DNA from: Cyanophora paradoxa CCMP329
Lineage: Eukaryota > Plantae > Glaucophyta
Assembly (NCBI GenBank): GCA_004431415.1
Contig: QPMI01000255.1
Location: 40,641 to 104,640 of the forward strand
Length of the DNA: 64,000 bases
Direction: 5' to 3'
The notes below the pieces were generated by a model. The model did no database searches. It saw only the letters and a list, made by a program, of their open reading frames with translations, and was not told where the DNA came from. A program made the translations under genes and the position numbers. Positions 36,721 through 51,747 of the stretch are shown here, one piece after another; within the stretch, counting starts at the first letter, position 1; each line of letters begins with the position of its first letter.

Positions 36721-37238
36721 TGTTGACTTGCGGTTGCAATTGGATCGCCAAGACCGCGCGGATCAGCTAGCCATACTCTGGCGCCGCCCGATCTCTCTCC
36801 GCAATGAAGTCGAGACTTCGCTAGCTGAAAAAGACCGCTGAAAGATCACCGAACAATTGCAATGCCGACGCCTCTTGCGCCGTATTCGCTTGCAATGCAA
36901 AGTGGATTCCACACACACCGAGCGAGTGGCCGGAGTCAACACACACCGAGCGAAGCCGGATCCTGATGCTTCGAACGATGCGCCGTGACCGCCGCGTACC
37001 CTAGATTGCCTTCCCCCCCCCCACAACGTGTTCCCCCGCAAATTTGATTCGACTGGCGTTAACGCTGTCACAACCGCGCAGCTGCGCATGCGCGCAGGCC
37101 CGGCCCGAAGCCCCAAACGCTGACTGATACATGTACATAGACGTAAGCATTACGTAAGGAGATCGACTCTGAGAAAAGGCAGCGGCCGCGGATGCCGGAG
37201 TAAACGCTTAATAAAGCGACCAAGCAGCTCGCCCGGCC

Positions 37239-40200
37239 CTAGCCGCAGCTCAACGTTGACGGGGGCGTGGCGGAGGGGACGGGTGGAGGCGGAGGCCGAG
37301 CATTGCCGGCGGGAGGCCGGGCGTGTTCGGAAGGGGCTGCGAAGGCGGCGGCGGCGGGGCCCGGGGGCGAGCCGTAGGGCGGGCTGGCCTTCCAGAGGGC
37401 CAGCAGGCTCTGGAAGGCGGTGCGGGATATGCCCTCCGCGCCACCTGTGCTCGCCGCGGGGCCCTCCGAGGCGCGGGGCTTCTGCAGCGCGCCCTCCGCC
37501 ACGACATGCCGCACCGGCAGCGTCGCGGTCCTCGGCAGGCGTGGCGGCCCGCCCGGCCCCGCGTGCGCCGGGGCGGCGAGCTGCGGCGCGCCGGGCGCGT
37601 GGGAGCCCGAGCGGGCCGGCTTCGGGGCGGAGAGGCCCGGTACGAAGATCTTCTCCGTCGCCTCCTCGGGGGCGAGGCCGTAGATGCGCGGCAGCGGCCG
37701 CTCCCCCGAAATCGACGCCCGCCGCGTCGTCCTCCGACTCCCGGAGGAGGGCCCGCCGGCGCCGCCAGCGTCGGGCCCCGGGGGCGGCGGCGGCGGCCCC
37801 GTGGGCACGGGGGCCTCGGCGGCCGGCTCGGCCGCCGGCGCGGCGAGGCTGCAACGCGTGCAGAACGCCTCGTCGATCACCGGCAGGAACCTGCGCCGCC
37901 GTCGGCCCGGGCCCCGCCGGCGCGGAGCGGCGGCGCGGGGTACGTACGCGGCCCCCGAGGCGCGGCGGTACTTGCCCGAGTGGCTCCCCTCGCCGGCGGA
38001 GGTGCCCTCGGGGCGGGGCCGGCGGCGGGGGCCCCGCGGAGCCAGTCGGCGATGGTGTCTCCGACCTGCGAGGCGGGGCGGCGGGGTGGGCTCGGGGCGG
38101 GCTCGGGCGGGCTCGGGGCGGGGCGGGGCGGGGCGGGGCGGGGCGGGTGCGGGCCTCGGGAGGCCGGCGCGGGCGGCGAGGAGGGCGGCCTCCTCGAAGC
38201 GCTCCCGCCGGGCGGCGTCCACGGGCTCCCCGGCCCCCAGCATCGCCGCCAGCGGCCCCAGCAGGCCCCGCTCCACGGCCACTGCGCCCCGGCCCGTCCG
38301 CCCCGTCCGCCCCCTCGACGCCCGGGGGCGGGGCGCGGGGGCCGGCGCACCCTGCACGGGGGAGCGCCCCTTGAGGTCCTTGGCCCAGGGGTCGGCTCCC
38401 GCGTGGAGCAGCAGGCAGACCGTCTCCACCATCGCCGCCAGCTGCGCCGCCGTCTCCTCGCCCCGGCACTCGTGCCCCGGGCTGCACCGCTCGCCCCCGC
38501 CCCCGGCGCCCCGCTGGAGGGCGAGGAAGGCCGGCGGGGGCGGCGTGAGGGGCTCCAGCTCCTCGGCGCGCAGGCCGCCCAGCCGCGCCATGTCCAGCGA
38601 GGAGGGCACCCGCGACATCTGCATCTGCTCCAGCTGCTCGAGGTTCCCGATGGAGGGGAGGCCGTGCCGCATGCCGCCAGCCGTGGCGGGGAGCGGCTGC
38701 GGGCTGCCGAGCGGAACGCCGGGGCGGTCGGGGTCGTCGAGGCGGACGCTGAGGGCGGCGTGCAGGGGCGTCTCCCCGCTGCAGTTCCGCTGCCGCGCGT
38801 CCGACTGCGACGCGCTCCCCTTCTCCAGCAGCACGCCCAGCATCGCCCCGTCCAGCCGCCCCGCGCACAGGTGGAGCGCCGTGTTCCCCTTGCTGAACGC
38901 CCCCGTCACGCAGGGCGCGGGGCGGGGCGGGGCGCAGGGGCGGGGCGCGGGGGGCGGACATGTCCTTGGCGGCGAGGGAGGCGCCGCGGGAGAGGAGCCA
39001 GGCGGCGGCCTCGAGGCGGCCCTCCTCCACGCACTCGTGCAGCTGCGCGCGCCGCTCGGGCGGGGCAGAGCCGGCGCGGGGCGGGCGGGCGGCGGCGCGA
39101 GCTGGGGGCGCACGGCGGTGTTGCCGTGGGGGTTGCGGACGTCGCAGGGGACCTGCGCGAGGAGCGCCTCCATCGCCTCCGTCGTCCCGAAGTACGAAGC
39201 CACGAAGAACTGCCCGCCCCGCGCTCAGCCCGGAGCCTTCGCCACGCGCAGGCGGCGGGGCGGGGCGGGCCTCCCGCTGGGCGTTGCGGCGGCGGCGGCG
39301 CTCGGCGAGGAGCTCGGCGTCGCGCTGCCGGGCCGCCTCGCCCCGCGTCCGCTCCGCCTCCTCCAGCACCCGCACCACCCCCGCCGCCCCCTCCCGCCCC
39401 TCCTCCGCCCGCCGCCGCGCCAGGTCCAGCGCTGCCGCCCGCCGTCACTCACGCGTGCGGGCGGGGAGCGGGGCGGGGCTGGGGCACGGGTGAGCTCGTC
39501 GTCGCCGTCCTCCCAGACGGAGGCGAGGGAGGCGCTCTTCTTGAGCAGCGTCTCCACCAGGTGCGGGGCGTCCATCTCCACGGCCACTGCCCCGCCCCGC
39601 CACGCTCGCCGGCCGACGCCGGGGGCGCCGGGCGCTGCGGGGGCGGGGGCGGACCGTGGAGGGCGGTGCGGCCCTGCAGGTCCTCGTCGTTCACGTCGGC
39701 GCTCGGCTCCTGCAGCAGACGCTCCAGCACGTTCACGTGGCCTTTCTCGATCGCCTGCCGCCCCCCGCCCCGCTCGCCCCCGCCCGCAGGGGGTGCGGGG
39801 CACCCTCCCCGCACCACGTGGATGGCGCTCTTCCCGAGCACCGAACGCTTCGAGATGTCCGCCTTGCGCCTCAGCAGGAGGTCCACCACGTCCACCGCCC
39901 CCGCCCTGGCGCACCGTCAGCGGGGCCTAAACCCCCCCGCGGCCGCCCCACCTGCTGGCGAAGAGCAGTGGCGTGGAGAGGTTGACTGCGACCCGGCGCG
40001 TCAGCGGGCGCCGGGCTACAGCAGCGCGTACGCATGCGCACTCGTCTCGGCGTCGACATCGGCACCGTGGTCCTGGGGCCCGGGTCACTTCGGCCGCTGG
40101 CTTTGCGGGCCGTATGCAACTCAAAAACCAAAACGCACCAGAAGGAAGTCCGCAAGGGCCGCGCTGCCGTTGATCGCAGAATAGTGCAGCGCAGTCTGCC

Positions 40201-40369
40201 CCAGGGCGTTGCGCGTGTCGATCTTAGTCTGAGGGGAAGTCAGATTTCGGTCACGTACGCACAAAGCGTGGCGGTCACGTGCGGTCGCAAGCACCTTCTG
40301 ACTGAGGATACCATCTTTGATACGCTGGACGTCGGCTTCCGTCAGTCCGAGGCCGGCAGGCGCCAGCAT
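37239..40369 (-). CDS. Ankyrin-repeat protein
   Basis: ATG 40369. Ankyrin motifs NALGQTALHYSAING, LGKSAIH, DLQGRTALH, PHGNTA, KGNTALHLCA, SGETPLHAAL, LLHAGADPWAKDLKGRSP. Stop at 37239. Confidence 0.85.
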
Positions 40370-40587
40370 CGCTCTTGATTTGACGGCTCTGAGGCTGGGT
40401 CGATCGACTGGAAGCTAGTGCTAGCTGTTGCCTGTCGAACGGTATGTGAGATCGAGCACGGCTGTAGCCCAGACAGTTAGCTCGCAAGCCACACACTTTC
40501 GATCGCGGTACCCGGCCAACCAAAAAGACTTCGCTTTGGAGAAAGTTGACAGAAACAAGTTCTTCTTCGCAGCAGCCGCGCCACGCG

Positions 40588-42517
40588 ATGATCGAGGAGG
40601 CCTGCTTCGCCTGCCCTGCGCTCGGGCATTCCGGGGCCCTCGTCTCCCCCGCGCTAGCGAAGCCATCAAGCGCTCTCGTCGCCCCTCCCGGCTCGGGTTC
40701 GCCGCTGCGTACGTGCCCGCCGCCGCGCCCGCGTTTGGAGCGGCGGAAGCCCTTCTTCGCCGGCATGCGCTCCATCGTGCTCGGGCGCGCCGGTGGATTC
40801 GTCGGGACTCGCAGGCCGTCATTCCTGGCCGGGCGTATGCGCGGGCTTCCGAATGTGAAGCGTCCGTCCTTCTCACTCGCCGCGCTGCAGAAGCCCACGC
40901 CGACCACCGGTCGACGTCACCGGCAGCCGATTCGACGGCACAACCAAGTAAGAACGCCCTCGAGGAGCTCGCCCGCTTCTCGGCAATCGTCGCGGATACC
41001 GGCAAGTTTGAGCATTCTGCACCTTATGTACACGTGTGGGTTCTTGCGGCTGACGGAAGGCAGGCGACTTCAACGCGCTGGCCCGCTTCCGCGTGGTCGA
41101 TGCCACCACGAACCCCACGCTCCTTCTCGCCGTGAGCCGCCGGCGCGGCATCGGCGCCGCGTTCCGCCGGCGAGTGGCGGGCGGGGCAGGCGTGCGGGCG
41201 GGAGGAGTACAAGGAGCTGGTGGACTCGACGCTGGCGGACCGGCGCCTGCACGCCCTCCCCGAGCACCAGCGGCGCGCGCCCCGCGAGGCGCTGCTCGCG
41301 CTGGCGAGGTGAGCGGGGCGGGGCCGGCGCAGGCTCGCGGCGGCGATGGACCGCCTTGCCGTGGCCTTCGGGGCGGAGATCCTCAAGGCCGTTTCCCCCG
41401 CCGGGAGGGTCTCCACCGAGGTCGACGCCCGCCTCTCCTTCGACGCCGAGGCGCCCTCGCCCCGCCCGCCCCCCGCCCGGCCCGGCCCGGCTGAGGGGGC
41501 GGGGCAGGGGATGGTGGAGCGGGCACGGGGGATCATGGCCCTCTACAAGGAGCGCGGCATCGGGCCCGAGCGAGTCCTCATCAAGGCAGGCCGCCCCGCC
41601 CCCGCCCCCCGGGGGCCGCCGCGGCGCCGCTGACCGCCCCGCAGCTCTCTTCGACGTGGGAGGGGATCGAGGCGGCGCGGGAGCTGGAGCGGGAGGGCGT
41701 CCACACCAACTGCACCCTGCTCTTCTCCCTCGCCCAGGCGCAGGCGGCCGCCGAGGCCGGCGTCACCCTCATCAGCCCCTTCGTCGGCCGCGTCCTCGAC
41801 TACTACAAGCAGGCCCGCCGCCCCGCCGCCCCGCGCCGGCACGCGGCGAGGGGCGGCAGGCGACGGGGCGGGAGTCGTACGCGGCTGCTGAGGACCCCGG
41901 GGTGGTGCTGGCGAAGCGCGTGTACGGCTTCCTGAAGGCGCGGGGCCACGCGACGACCCCCATGGCCGCCTCCTTCCGCAACACCGCAGAGGCCTGCCCC
42001 CGGCCCCCGCCGCCCCCCGGCCCCGCCTCGCGCCCCGCCTCACGCCCCCCAGATCCTCGAGCTCGGTGCCCGCGCCCCGCCCCGCCGCCGGCCGAGTGCC
42101 GCGCGGCGAGGCGGGGCGGGGGCGCAGCGGGGTACGACTACATGACGATCTCGCCGGCGCTGCTCGCGGAGCTCGCGGAGGCGGACCCCGCCCTCGTCCG
42201 CCCCAGGTCCAGCGCCCCCGCCCGCCCCCCGCGGCGGCCGCTGCCGACGAGGGCCCCGCAGGGTGAGCCCCGAGGGGGCGGCTGCGCTGGTGGCGCCGGG
42301 GGACCTCGCGCGGGGGCCCCTCACGGAGGAGCGCTTCCGCTGGGAGCTCAACGAGGACGCCATGGCGAGCGCCAAGCTCGCCGACGGCATCCGCTCTTTC
42401 GCCCGCGACGCCGTCAAGGCCCGGCCCCGCCCCCGGCCCCGCCCTCGGCCCCGCCGCCCTCACCGGCCGCCCCGCGCGCAGCTCGAGGGCGTGCTGCGGG
42501 AGAAGTACGGCCTCTAG
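40588..42517 (+). CDS. TAL1: Transaldolase (TalB/TALDO1 type) with a probable plastid transit peptide, 11 introns
   Basis: [33 protein letters not shown] (catalytic Lys), [46 protein letters not shown]-terminal extension of about 95 aa. Confidence 0.95.
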
Positions 42518-43820
42518 GCCCCGCCCCCGCGCACATCGCCGCGGGCCTCATGCTTGTGTATACCCGATTGCAGCCATCTATTCCTCCGAAGGCAGCAGCG
42601 GACGGGGTTGGCAGCAAGGAGAGCAAGGCAGAGGCGGAGGCATGTCGCCGATGTAGTCTCCGTCAGCGGCAGAACGAAGTTTTTTGAGGATGTCGCCGAG
42701 TCGCCGACAAAGTCGTAGCCTCGCTCGCCGAACCACACGCAGGATGGATCCAGCAGCGCATTTATGTCGTAGCTGTGCATGATCTGATCATGAAGATCCG
42801 CAGGCAAAAATCTGAAGCCTTCTAATTCAAACTTGAAATGATTCGAAATTCATGCTGAAAGCTGCTCTGGTGTTCATGATTACTAAGTTACGATGCCACT
42901 CGGATCATCGGATGGGCCCGTAAATTGAAATACTCAGTGACTCCCGTCGGCCTTCAGCCAATTGAGCGACCGTCGGACATCATGGCATCTGAACACCCTC
43001 GCATCCGTGCTCTGTACATGTACTACGGCCGGGCGGTACATCTACTTACATGTCTGATTTCTGATTTCTGGGAGGGGAGGGGGGCCGGGCTCGAGGGGAC
43101 CGGGCTGTCGGACGTCACGGCGTTGCGTGACTCTCGAGGGGACTGCTGCGTTGCGTGGGCGTGGCCATAGCTAGAGGTCTGAAAGAGAGCGCGGCGGATC
43201 GCTTAACTTAGTAAGTCACTTCCAGGCTGAGTCAATTGCCGCAGTGCCGCAGTGCAACACACAGTGACAATTGCAACCAGACTCACGTGCACGTGCACAC
43301 TGTGACATATTAAAGTTACGGTACCGGTAGTACCAACTTCAAGGCTTGGCAAAGACTTGAAGTTGCACTGCGCATTCGGCACCGTCACGGCGTGGCACAA
43401 TGAATACGTATATATCATAGTATACGCGCACGTGCACATATGCATCACGTGCACATGCACACGTGAACCAGATGATTACCAAAGTTATGCTGCGTTCAAA
43501 AAAGAGTTACCGTAGTACTGGTTACTCAGTACTAGTTAGCTCGCTCGCAGACCGTCGGACAGAACAACCAAATATCGATCGAAGTGCGATGCGTCACGGC
43601 GTGAAAACTACAGAATTCGCAATGCAAAGAACGGGCGTGATTTAAGGAATCCAGAGACTACTAGGCTACATCTGCATCCGATTGCAGAATTTCGAGAACG
43701 AATCTTGACTAATAAATAAAACGAGCCGGCCTGCTAGCATGAGTTAACAGAACAAGTAACCGTCGCTGACATCTAGCGAGGCATTTGGGGAAGGTGGCGG
43801 GGGCGCGGGGGCGTGGCGGG

Positions 43821-45852
43821 TCAGACGGAGGCGGCGGGGAGGTGCGTGGTCTCGAGGCCGCGGGGCTCGAGGGTGACTGCGGCCGGCAGCGGCACCATCG
43901 CCTGCGACGCGCCGGCCGGGGCGGGGCGCGCCCCGCCCCGCCCCGAGTTCGGCGGCGACCCCGTCGCCCCGCTGCCGGCGGCGTCGGAGGGGCGGGGCGG
44001 GGCTCGCCGGGGCGGGGGCGGGCCGCGGACCTGGCGCCGACGCGCGGGGGCAGCCAGGAGGCGAAGGGGAGGCGGGCGGCGAGGCTGATGATGTGGCCGC
44101 TGGCGCGCTGGAGCTTGGCCTTGTAGAGCTGCACGGGGAAGTCCTGCGAGTCGCACCCGAGCGGGTTCTCCATCTCGTACCCCAGCCGCAGCACGCTCTC
44201 GTACAGCGTCACGTTCGCCCTGCGCGGCCCCCTCGGCGGCCGCCCGGCGGGGCGGCGGGGCGGCGGGGCAGCGGGACTGCGGACCATTGGAAGATGAAGG
44301 CAAAGACCTGCATTGTTTTCGGGAAACATGAGAATAATTCGATAGAATTGGAAAGGTGTAGCACTCACTATCTTGAGGGCGCGGCGCGAGTCGAAGGCGT
44401 TCCCCAGCAGGGTGGTGGTGTAGAGCATGGTCTGTGCGGGCGGCCCTCGGCGAGAGGGCGGCGGGGAGGGGGCGGGGGGCGGGGCGCACGAGGAAGATGT
44501 GCACGCGGGTCATCGCCGCCATCAGGTACACGCTGCGACCCGCCTCAGCCCCTGCCCCGCCCCGCCCCGCGGCGCTCGCGGCAGGCACGCACTAGCCGTA
44601 GCTGCGCCAGGTCGAAGATAGGATGCCGGCCCCTCGCCGCGTGAGATCGAGCTCAGGGGGGCGCTGGGCGCGGGGTGCGGGGCGCGGACGGAATCTGGGT
44701 GTCGAGGAACATGAATACGTCGGCGGCGCTGCCGCGCATGAGGGAGATGTTCTGCTGCATCGTCGGCAGCATCATAGCCCTGCGCGGGGCGTTGGCCGGC
44801 GCGTTGGCCGGCGGGGGGGGGCCGCCGGGGGGGGGGGGGGGGGAGGGGGGGGAGGGGGGGGGGGGGGAGGCACCCGTCGTAGATGAGGCCGCGGGCGTCG
44901 GCCTCGCGGAGCAGGCTCGCCGCCCACGTGTACACGCACGCCGGCTGCCCCACCAGCCCCTGCCAGCCCGCCTCGGCCCCCCGGGGGGGGCGGGGGGGGG
45001 GGGGGGGGGGGGGGCCTTGAGGGTGTCGGCCTCGCGCTCGGTGATGAGCTCGGCGTCGAGAAGGTCCTCGTAGCTCTCGTCCGCCCGCGCCTGCTTGTAC
45101 ACCTGCCCCGCCCCGCCCCTCGGCCCCCCGCCCGGGGCGGCGCGGGGCGGGGCGGGGCGGGGCGGACGAGGGCGTGGGCGAGGTTGAGGTAGCGGACGAG
45201 CTCCTCGCGGATGCGCTGCGCCAGCGCCTCCTCCTCCTCCGTCCGCCCCACGATGTACGACGCCGCCATCAGAGCTGCCGCCGCCGTCAGGCCAGGGCGG
45301 CGGGGGCGGGGCGGGGCGGGGCGGGCCGGTGTCGTTGGTGCGGCCGATGACGACCTGGAGGAGCTGGCGGATGCTCCACCAGCGGTTGAAGACAGTGTTG
45401 AGGAAGGTGCCGAGCAGGAAGGCCACGAGCGACGCGAAGCACAGGCAGTCCGTGAACGACAGCACCGGCACGCAGAAGTCCCACGGCTGGCCCCGCCTCA
45501 GCCCCCCGCCTCCTCCAGCGCGGGAAGGGGGGGGGGGGGGGGGGGGGCTGCTGCGTGCACCATGTCGGGGTCCTGCTTGACGGGGCAGCGGAAGAAAGAG
45601 AGGGCGGCCGCCGTGAAGAAGCAGAGCAGGGAGAGGCCCACCGTCTGGAAGGTCAGCACAGTGCCCCTCGCCATGAAAATCGCCCCTTCCGTTTCCGTCA
45701 GCGCGCCCGCCGCCGGCGCGATCTCAATAGACGGGCGCGAGGCGCACCATAGACGGCGAAGGCTTTCTGCGTGTTGTAGCGGATCACCTGGCCCTCGCTC
45801 GCCACCACTGCGTGAGCGGGGCTGTCAGACGGGATGGGCAAGGGAGGACATC
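43821..45852 (-). CDS. Bestrophin-family anion channel (start codon uncertain, may extend to about 46400)
   Basis: VIRYNTQKAFAVY|GAIFMARGTVL, LVAFLLGTFLNTVFNRWW, RYLNLAHAL, LITERE, FLDTQIP, LGYEMENPLGCDSQDFP (bestrophin ENPFGxDxDDF-like motif). Stop at 43821. Confidence 0.85.
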
Positions 45853-46590
45853 GAGTGACTGCAAAATGAACAATCTAGACGTCGGCATCGAGAAGCTACG
45901 AAAAGCCACCGCGCCCGATCGAGAGCGGGCGGAGGCGAGTCTAGACTCGACTCAGGAAGTGGCTCGCCTGTGGCAGAGAAGCTGTCCGCGAGCTTCTCTT
46001 GCAGGACGCGCAGATCGTTGGACACGCTCGTATCACGTCCATCCTCGAGCGCGCGCAGACGAACAGACGCTACGACATCATCGCTGCGCGGATACGCATA
46101 AGACTCCCAGCTCGCACTACGAACGAAAACGACCATTAGGACGAACCCCTTCGAGCGACGCTTAGCGGACCCGCTGCTGGTGCGTCCGAAAGTCGGCTGC
46201 ATTGTCAATTGCAAGTCCGTGGCTAGTACTTTGAGCTAAACTTCGAGCGCGCTCGGGTCCGGTGAAGCTGGGGCGTTCTGAAGTTCCCAAATATACGTTG
46301 CGTTCTGCGCGGAGGACCGCGAACTTCGGAAACTGCGCAATCCGCGAGTTAGCCGAGATCGAAACGACATCACGGGCGTTAGCGCCGTACCGAGCAAGCG
46401 GCCGACTTGTTGGACAAAGTCACCTATCCGTTGTTGTTCTAGGCCTCCAGCTGGATCCCAATTCGAAGTGCACTCGGAGGCCGGGTGCGTGCGAAGGACC
46501 AAGCGTAACCCCCCTTCAAGGCTTCCCCCCCCCCTATCAAGCAGCGCCACAGGCTCCAAACTCATCGGAGCGCTTAGCTAGGGCAAGCAG

Positions 46591-48843
<2,253 letters not shown>

Positions 48844-48958
48844 GCGCAGGCAGGCAGGCAGCAGCAGGGTAGCGCAGGTTATGGTACAAGCACGTATACA
48901 GCGAATATTAGCGCAGGCGGTATCCACACCGGCTCTGTACAGCACTGGGGGCAGGGGT

Positions 48959-51606
48959 CTAGAGGGCCCCCGAGGGGACGAAGGTGCCGTGGAAGCCTGC
49001 GAGGGGATGAGGAGGCGGAGGCGGGGAGGGCGGGGCGGAGGGGCGCGGGGGGGACCGTAGGGGACGCGGTGGGGCATGCGGAGGCGGGCGCGGAGGGCCA
49101 TGTCGCGGGCGTCGATGACGAGGAGGGCGCTCTCCTCCGAGGAGGCGCTCCCCTCGTCCCCCGCCATCGCCAGCAGGTACCCGTCGTCCTCGGCGGCCGC
49201 CCCCGCGCGGGGCACGAAGACGGCCTCCTGGCAGAACCAGCCCTCGGGCAGCGCATGCTCCACCACCTCCCCCGTGTGCACGTCCACCTGCCCCCCGCTC
49301 GCTCGCTCCTCCCGCCCCGCCCCGGCCGGCGCGCGGGGCCGGGCGACGCGCCTTGAGGATCTGGTTCATCACGAAGCGGCCCGGTGCGAAGCGCGGCATG
49401 TACCCGTATCGGAACGGCTGCCCCACCTGCCGCCGGCGGTCAGGCGCCGCGGCGGGAGGGGCGGCGCAGGGCGGGGCGGGACGAAGCGGGGCCGCACGAG
49501 GGACGGGGGCACGACGGGGAAGTCGACGATGTACTTGGGGTCCGTCACCGGGCCCTGCCGCGGGGCGCTGAGCGGCGGGGCGGGGCGGGAGGGGGCGCGG
49601 GGGCGGGGGACCTCGGAGGTGGCGCCAGTGTCGAGGTTCATGCGCCAGCGCCAGAGGCGGGGGCAGTTGAGGTTGCGGGCCTCGTCGACGCGGCCCTCGC
49701 CCGAGGCGAGGTCGAGGTCGTCGAAGCGGGCGGCGTAGAGCACCACCTCGCGCGTCCCCTCCGGCCCCTCCTCCTCGTGCGCGTTCATCACGTGGAACGC
49801 GAACCTGCGCCCCCCGTGAGGCCCGCCCCCCGAGCCGCCCCCCGCCGCCCCACGCACCCCGGCCCGAACGTGAACCACCGGATCTGACGGGGCGTCAGGG
49901 GGCGATGGGGCGGGCGGGGGCGGGGCGGGAGGGGGCGGGCCTCGGAGCCCGGGGCGTGGCGGGGGAGGAGGCCGATGCGGGCGGGGCGCTCGCGGTCGAA
50001 GTGGAGGGGCGACTTGAGGCGGCGGGCGCGCTCCATGCGGAACTCGAGGGCGAAGTCGAGGAAGAGGCTGTACCGCTCCGTCACCGCGAAGTCGTGCATC
50101 ATCACCGGCACCGGCAGCGAGACGCCCGTCCTGGCCCCCGCCGCCCCTCAGCCCGGGGCGGGGCGGGGCGGGGCGGGGGGCGGGGCGCACGTGTGGGTGA
50201 CGCGGCCGGCGGCGTCGGCGACGCCGTAGAGGATCTCGGGCTTGCTCTCCACCTGGTACCCGAAGAAGACCAGCTCCCCCGTCTTCGGGCACACCTGCGC
50301 CCCCGCCCCGCCTCGCCCCCCCGCCGGGGCGCCGGGGCGGGGCGCGGGCGGGGGGGCGGGCCTTGGGGTGGGCGGTGAAGGGCCCCGGGTAGGCGCCGGC
50401 GAAGTCGTGGATGCCGCGGGTCTCGAGGTCGGGGAGGGAGAGCTCGTGGGGGAGGCCGCCCTCCCAGAGCGCCAGCAGCCGCCCCCCGTGCGCCAGCACG
50501 CTCGTGTTCGCCGTGTTCTTCGCCACGCTCCCGCACACCACCCGGTCTGCCCCCGCCCGGCCCCGCCCCGCTCGCCCCCGCGCCCCGCCGCCCCGCCCCG
50601 CGCGCGCCGCGCGGCACGCACTGCGGAGCATGCCGAGCATCATCGCCGCGAAGTCGTCGGAGAGGGTGGAGACCCAGAGGGCGCGCCCCGCGGCGCGCTC
50701 GCGCTCGAAGCCCTCCGTGCGCACGAAGCGATTCACGTACGAGGCGCGCCCGTCCCGCATCTCCACCGCGTGCACCATCCCGTCCCCGTCGAACTGCGCG
50801 GGAGACAGGGTGAGGGGATTGCCCCGCGCGCCCGCCCCGTCGCGACTCGCGAGGGCTTCGATACTCACGACGTGGTACTTCATATCCTTCGGCACGAACT
50901 GCGGGTTCGGCCTGCACGCGCGCACGCACAGGGGGCGCCGCCGAGTGAGGGCCCAGCACGAAGCGCCGGGCCGGGGCGCGATGGAAGCGGGGGCACCCGT
51001 TGCGGACGTAGGTGCCATCGATGTCACGCGGAAGCTCGCCGTCTATCTGCAGGTCCGCCACCACCATCTCGTTGTGCTGCGCCGCGGCAGCGCGCCGCAC
51101 CGGACGAGCCTCATGATCAGCACGGACACCGGGAGCGCGCTTGCGCGAGCGCTAGCGCTTGCGCTAGGAAAGAGCTCTACGTACCTGTGGATAGTGGTTG
51201 CCGTTCAGGAATGGGTTAGCTATCTCCTCCCGCTTGACGGTGAGGCGCTTCACAGGGGGCACTGCTGGGGTAGCGGGCCTGGAGTCCGGCGGCGTCTGAA
51301 CGGCAAACACAACGCCGATTTGCTCGCTTCCCGACCCGCCGCTCCGACGCGCCCTGCGGCGACGGCGTGCGGAGTCTGCGGGCTGCACGTGCACGTCGTC
51401 CACCGTGGAGAGCCGCTGGGCCGACGGCCCAACGCGCGTCCCCGATATAGCTGCGAACGCGGATCAGATCCAAGCGCGCCGATGTCAGCGGCGCAGCGGT
51501 GAGGGATGTGCGCCGAAGCGCGTCCGGGGGCATTGTGGCTGGCGCTCGGGACGACTATCTTGCTATACAACGCACCCGTGAGGCCCGGAGCGACGAAGGC
51601 CTGCAT
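48959..51606 (-). CDS. Carotenoid cleavage oxygenase (CCD/RPE65/apocarotenoid oxygenase family) with a probable plastid transit peptide
   Basis: [76 protein letters not shown]|FHG, which include the four Fe-ligand His. Starts MQAFVAPGL at 51606. Confidence 0.93.
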
Positions 51607-51747
51607 TTTGCGGGGTTTGGGTTTGTGTACCCACCGTTGAGGTCTGCGTGTACCCTGCTGCAGAAGCAACTTTCAGCTCTGCGCAGCTAAACGAAGCTCG
51701 CAGCGTAGCTAATCATCAGCGAGCGACCGCACTTGAGCGAGCACCCG

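Noticed and set aside
42690-42810. Short minus-strand ORF fragment (..CVWFGERGYDFVGD..)
   Set aside because: No ATG, no splice support and no recognisable family.
43200-43545. Possible MITE in the AT-rich intergenic region
   Set aside because: The putative TIRs are weak and no TSD is identifiable.
44820-45550. Long poly-G tracts as functional G-quadruplex elements
   Set aside because: They are the intronic C-rich tracts of the minus-strand gene. Their lengths are unreliable and they are covered by the splicing findings.
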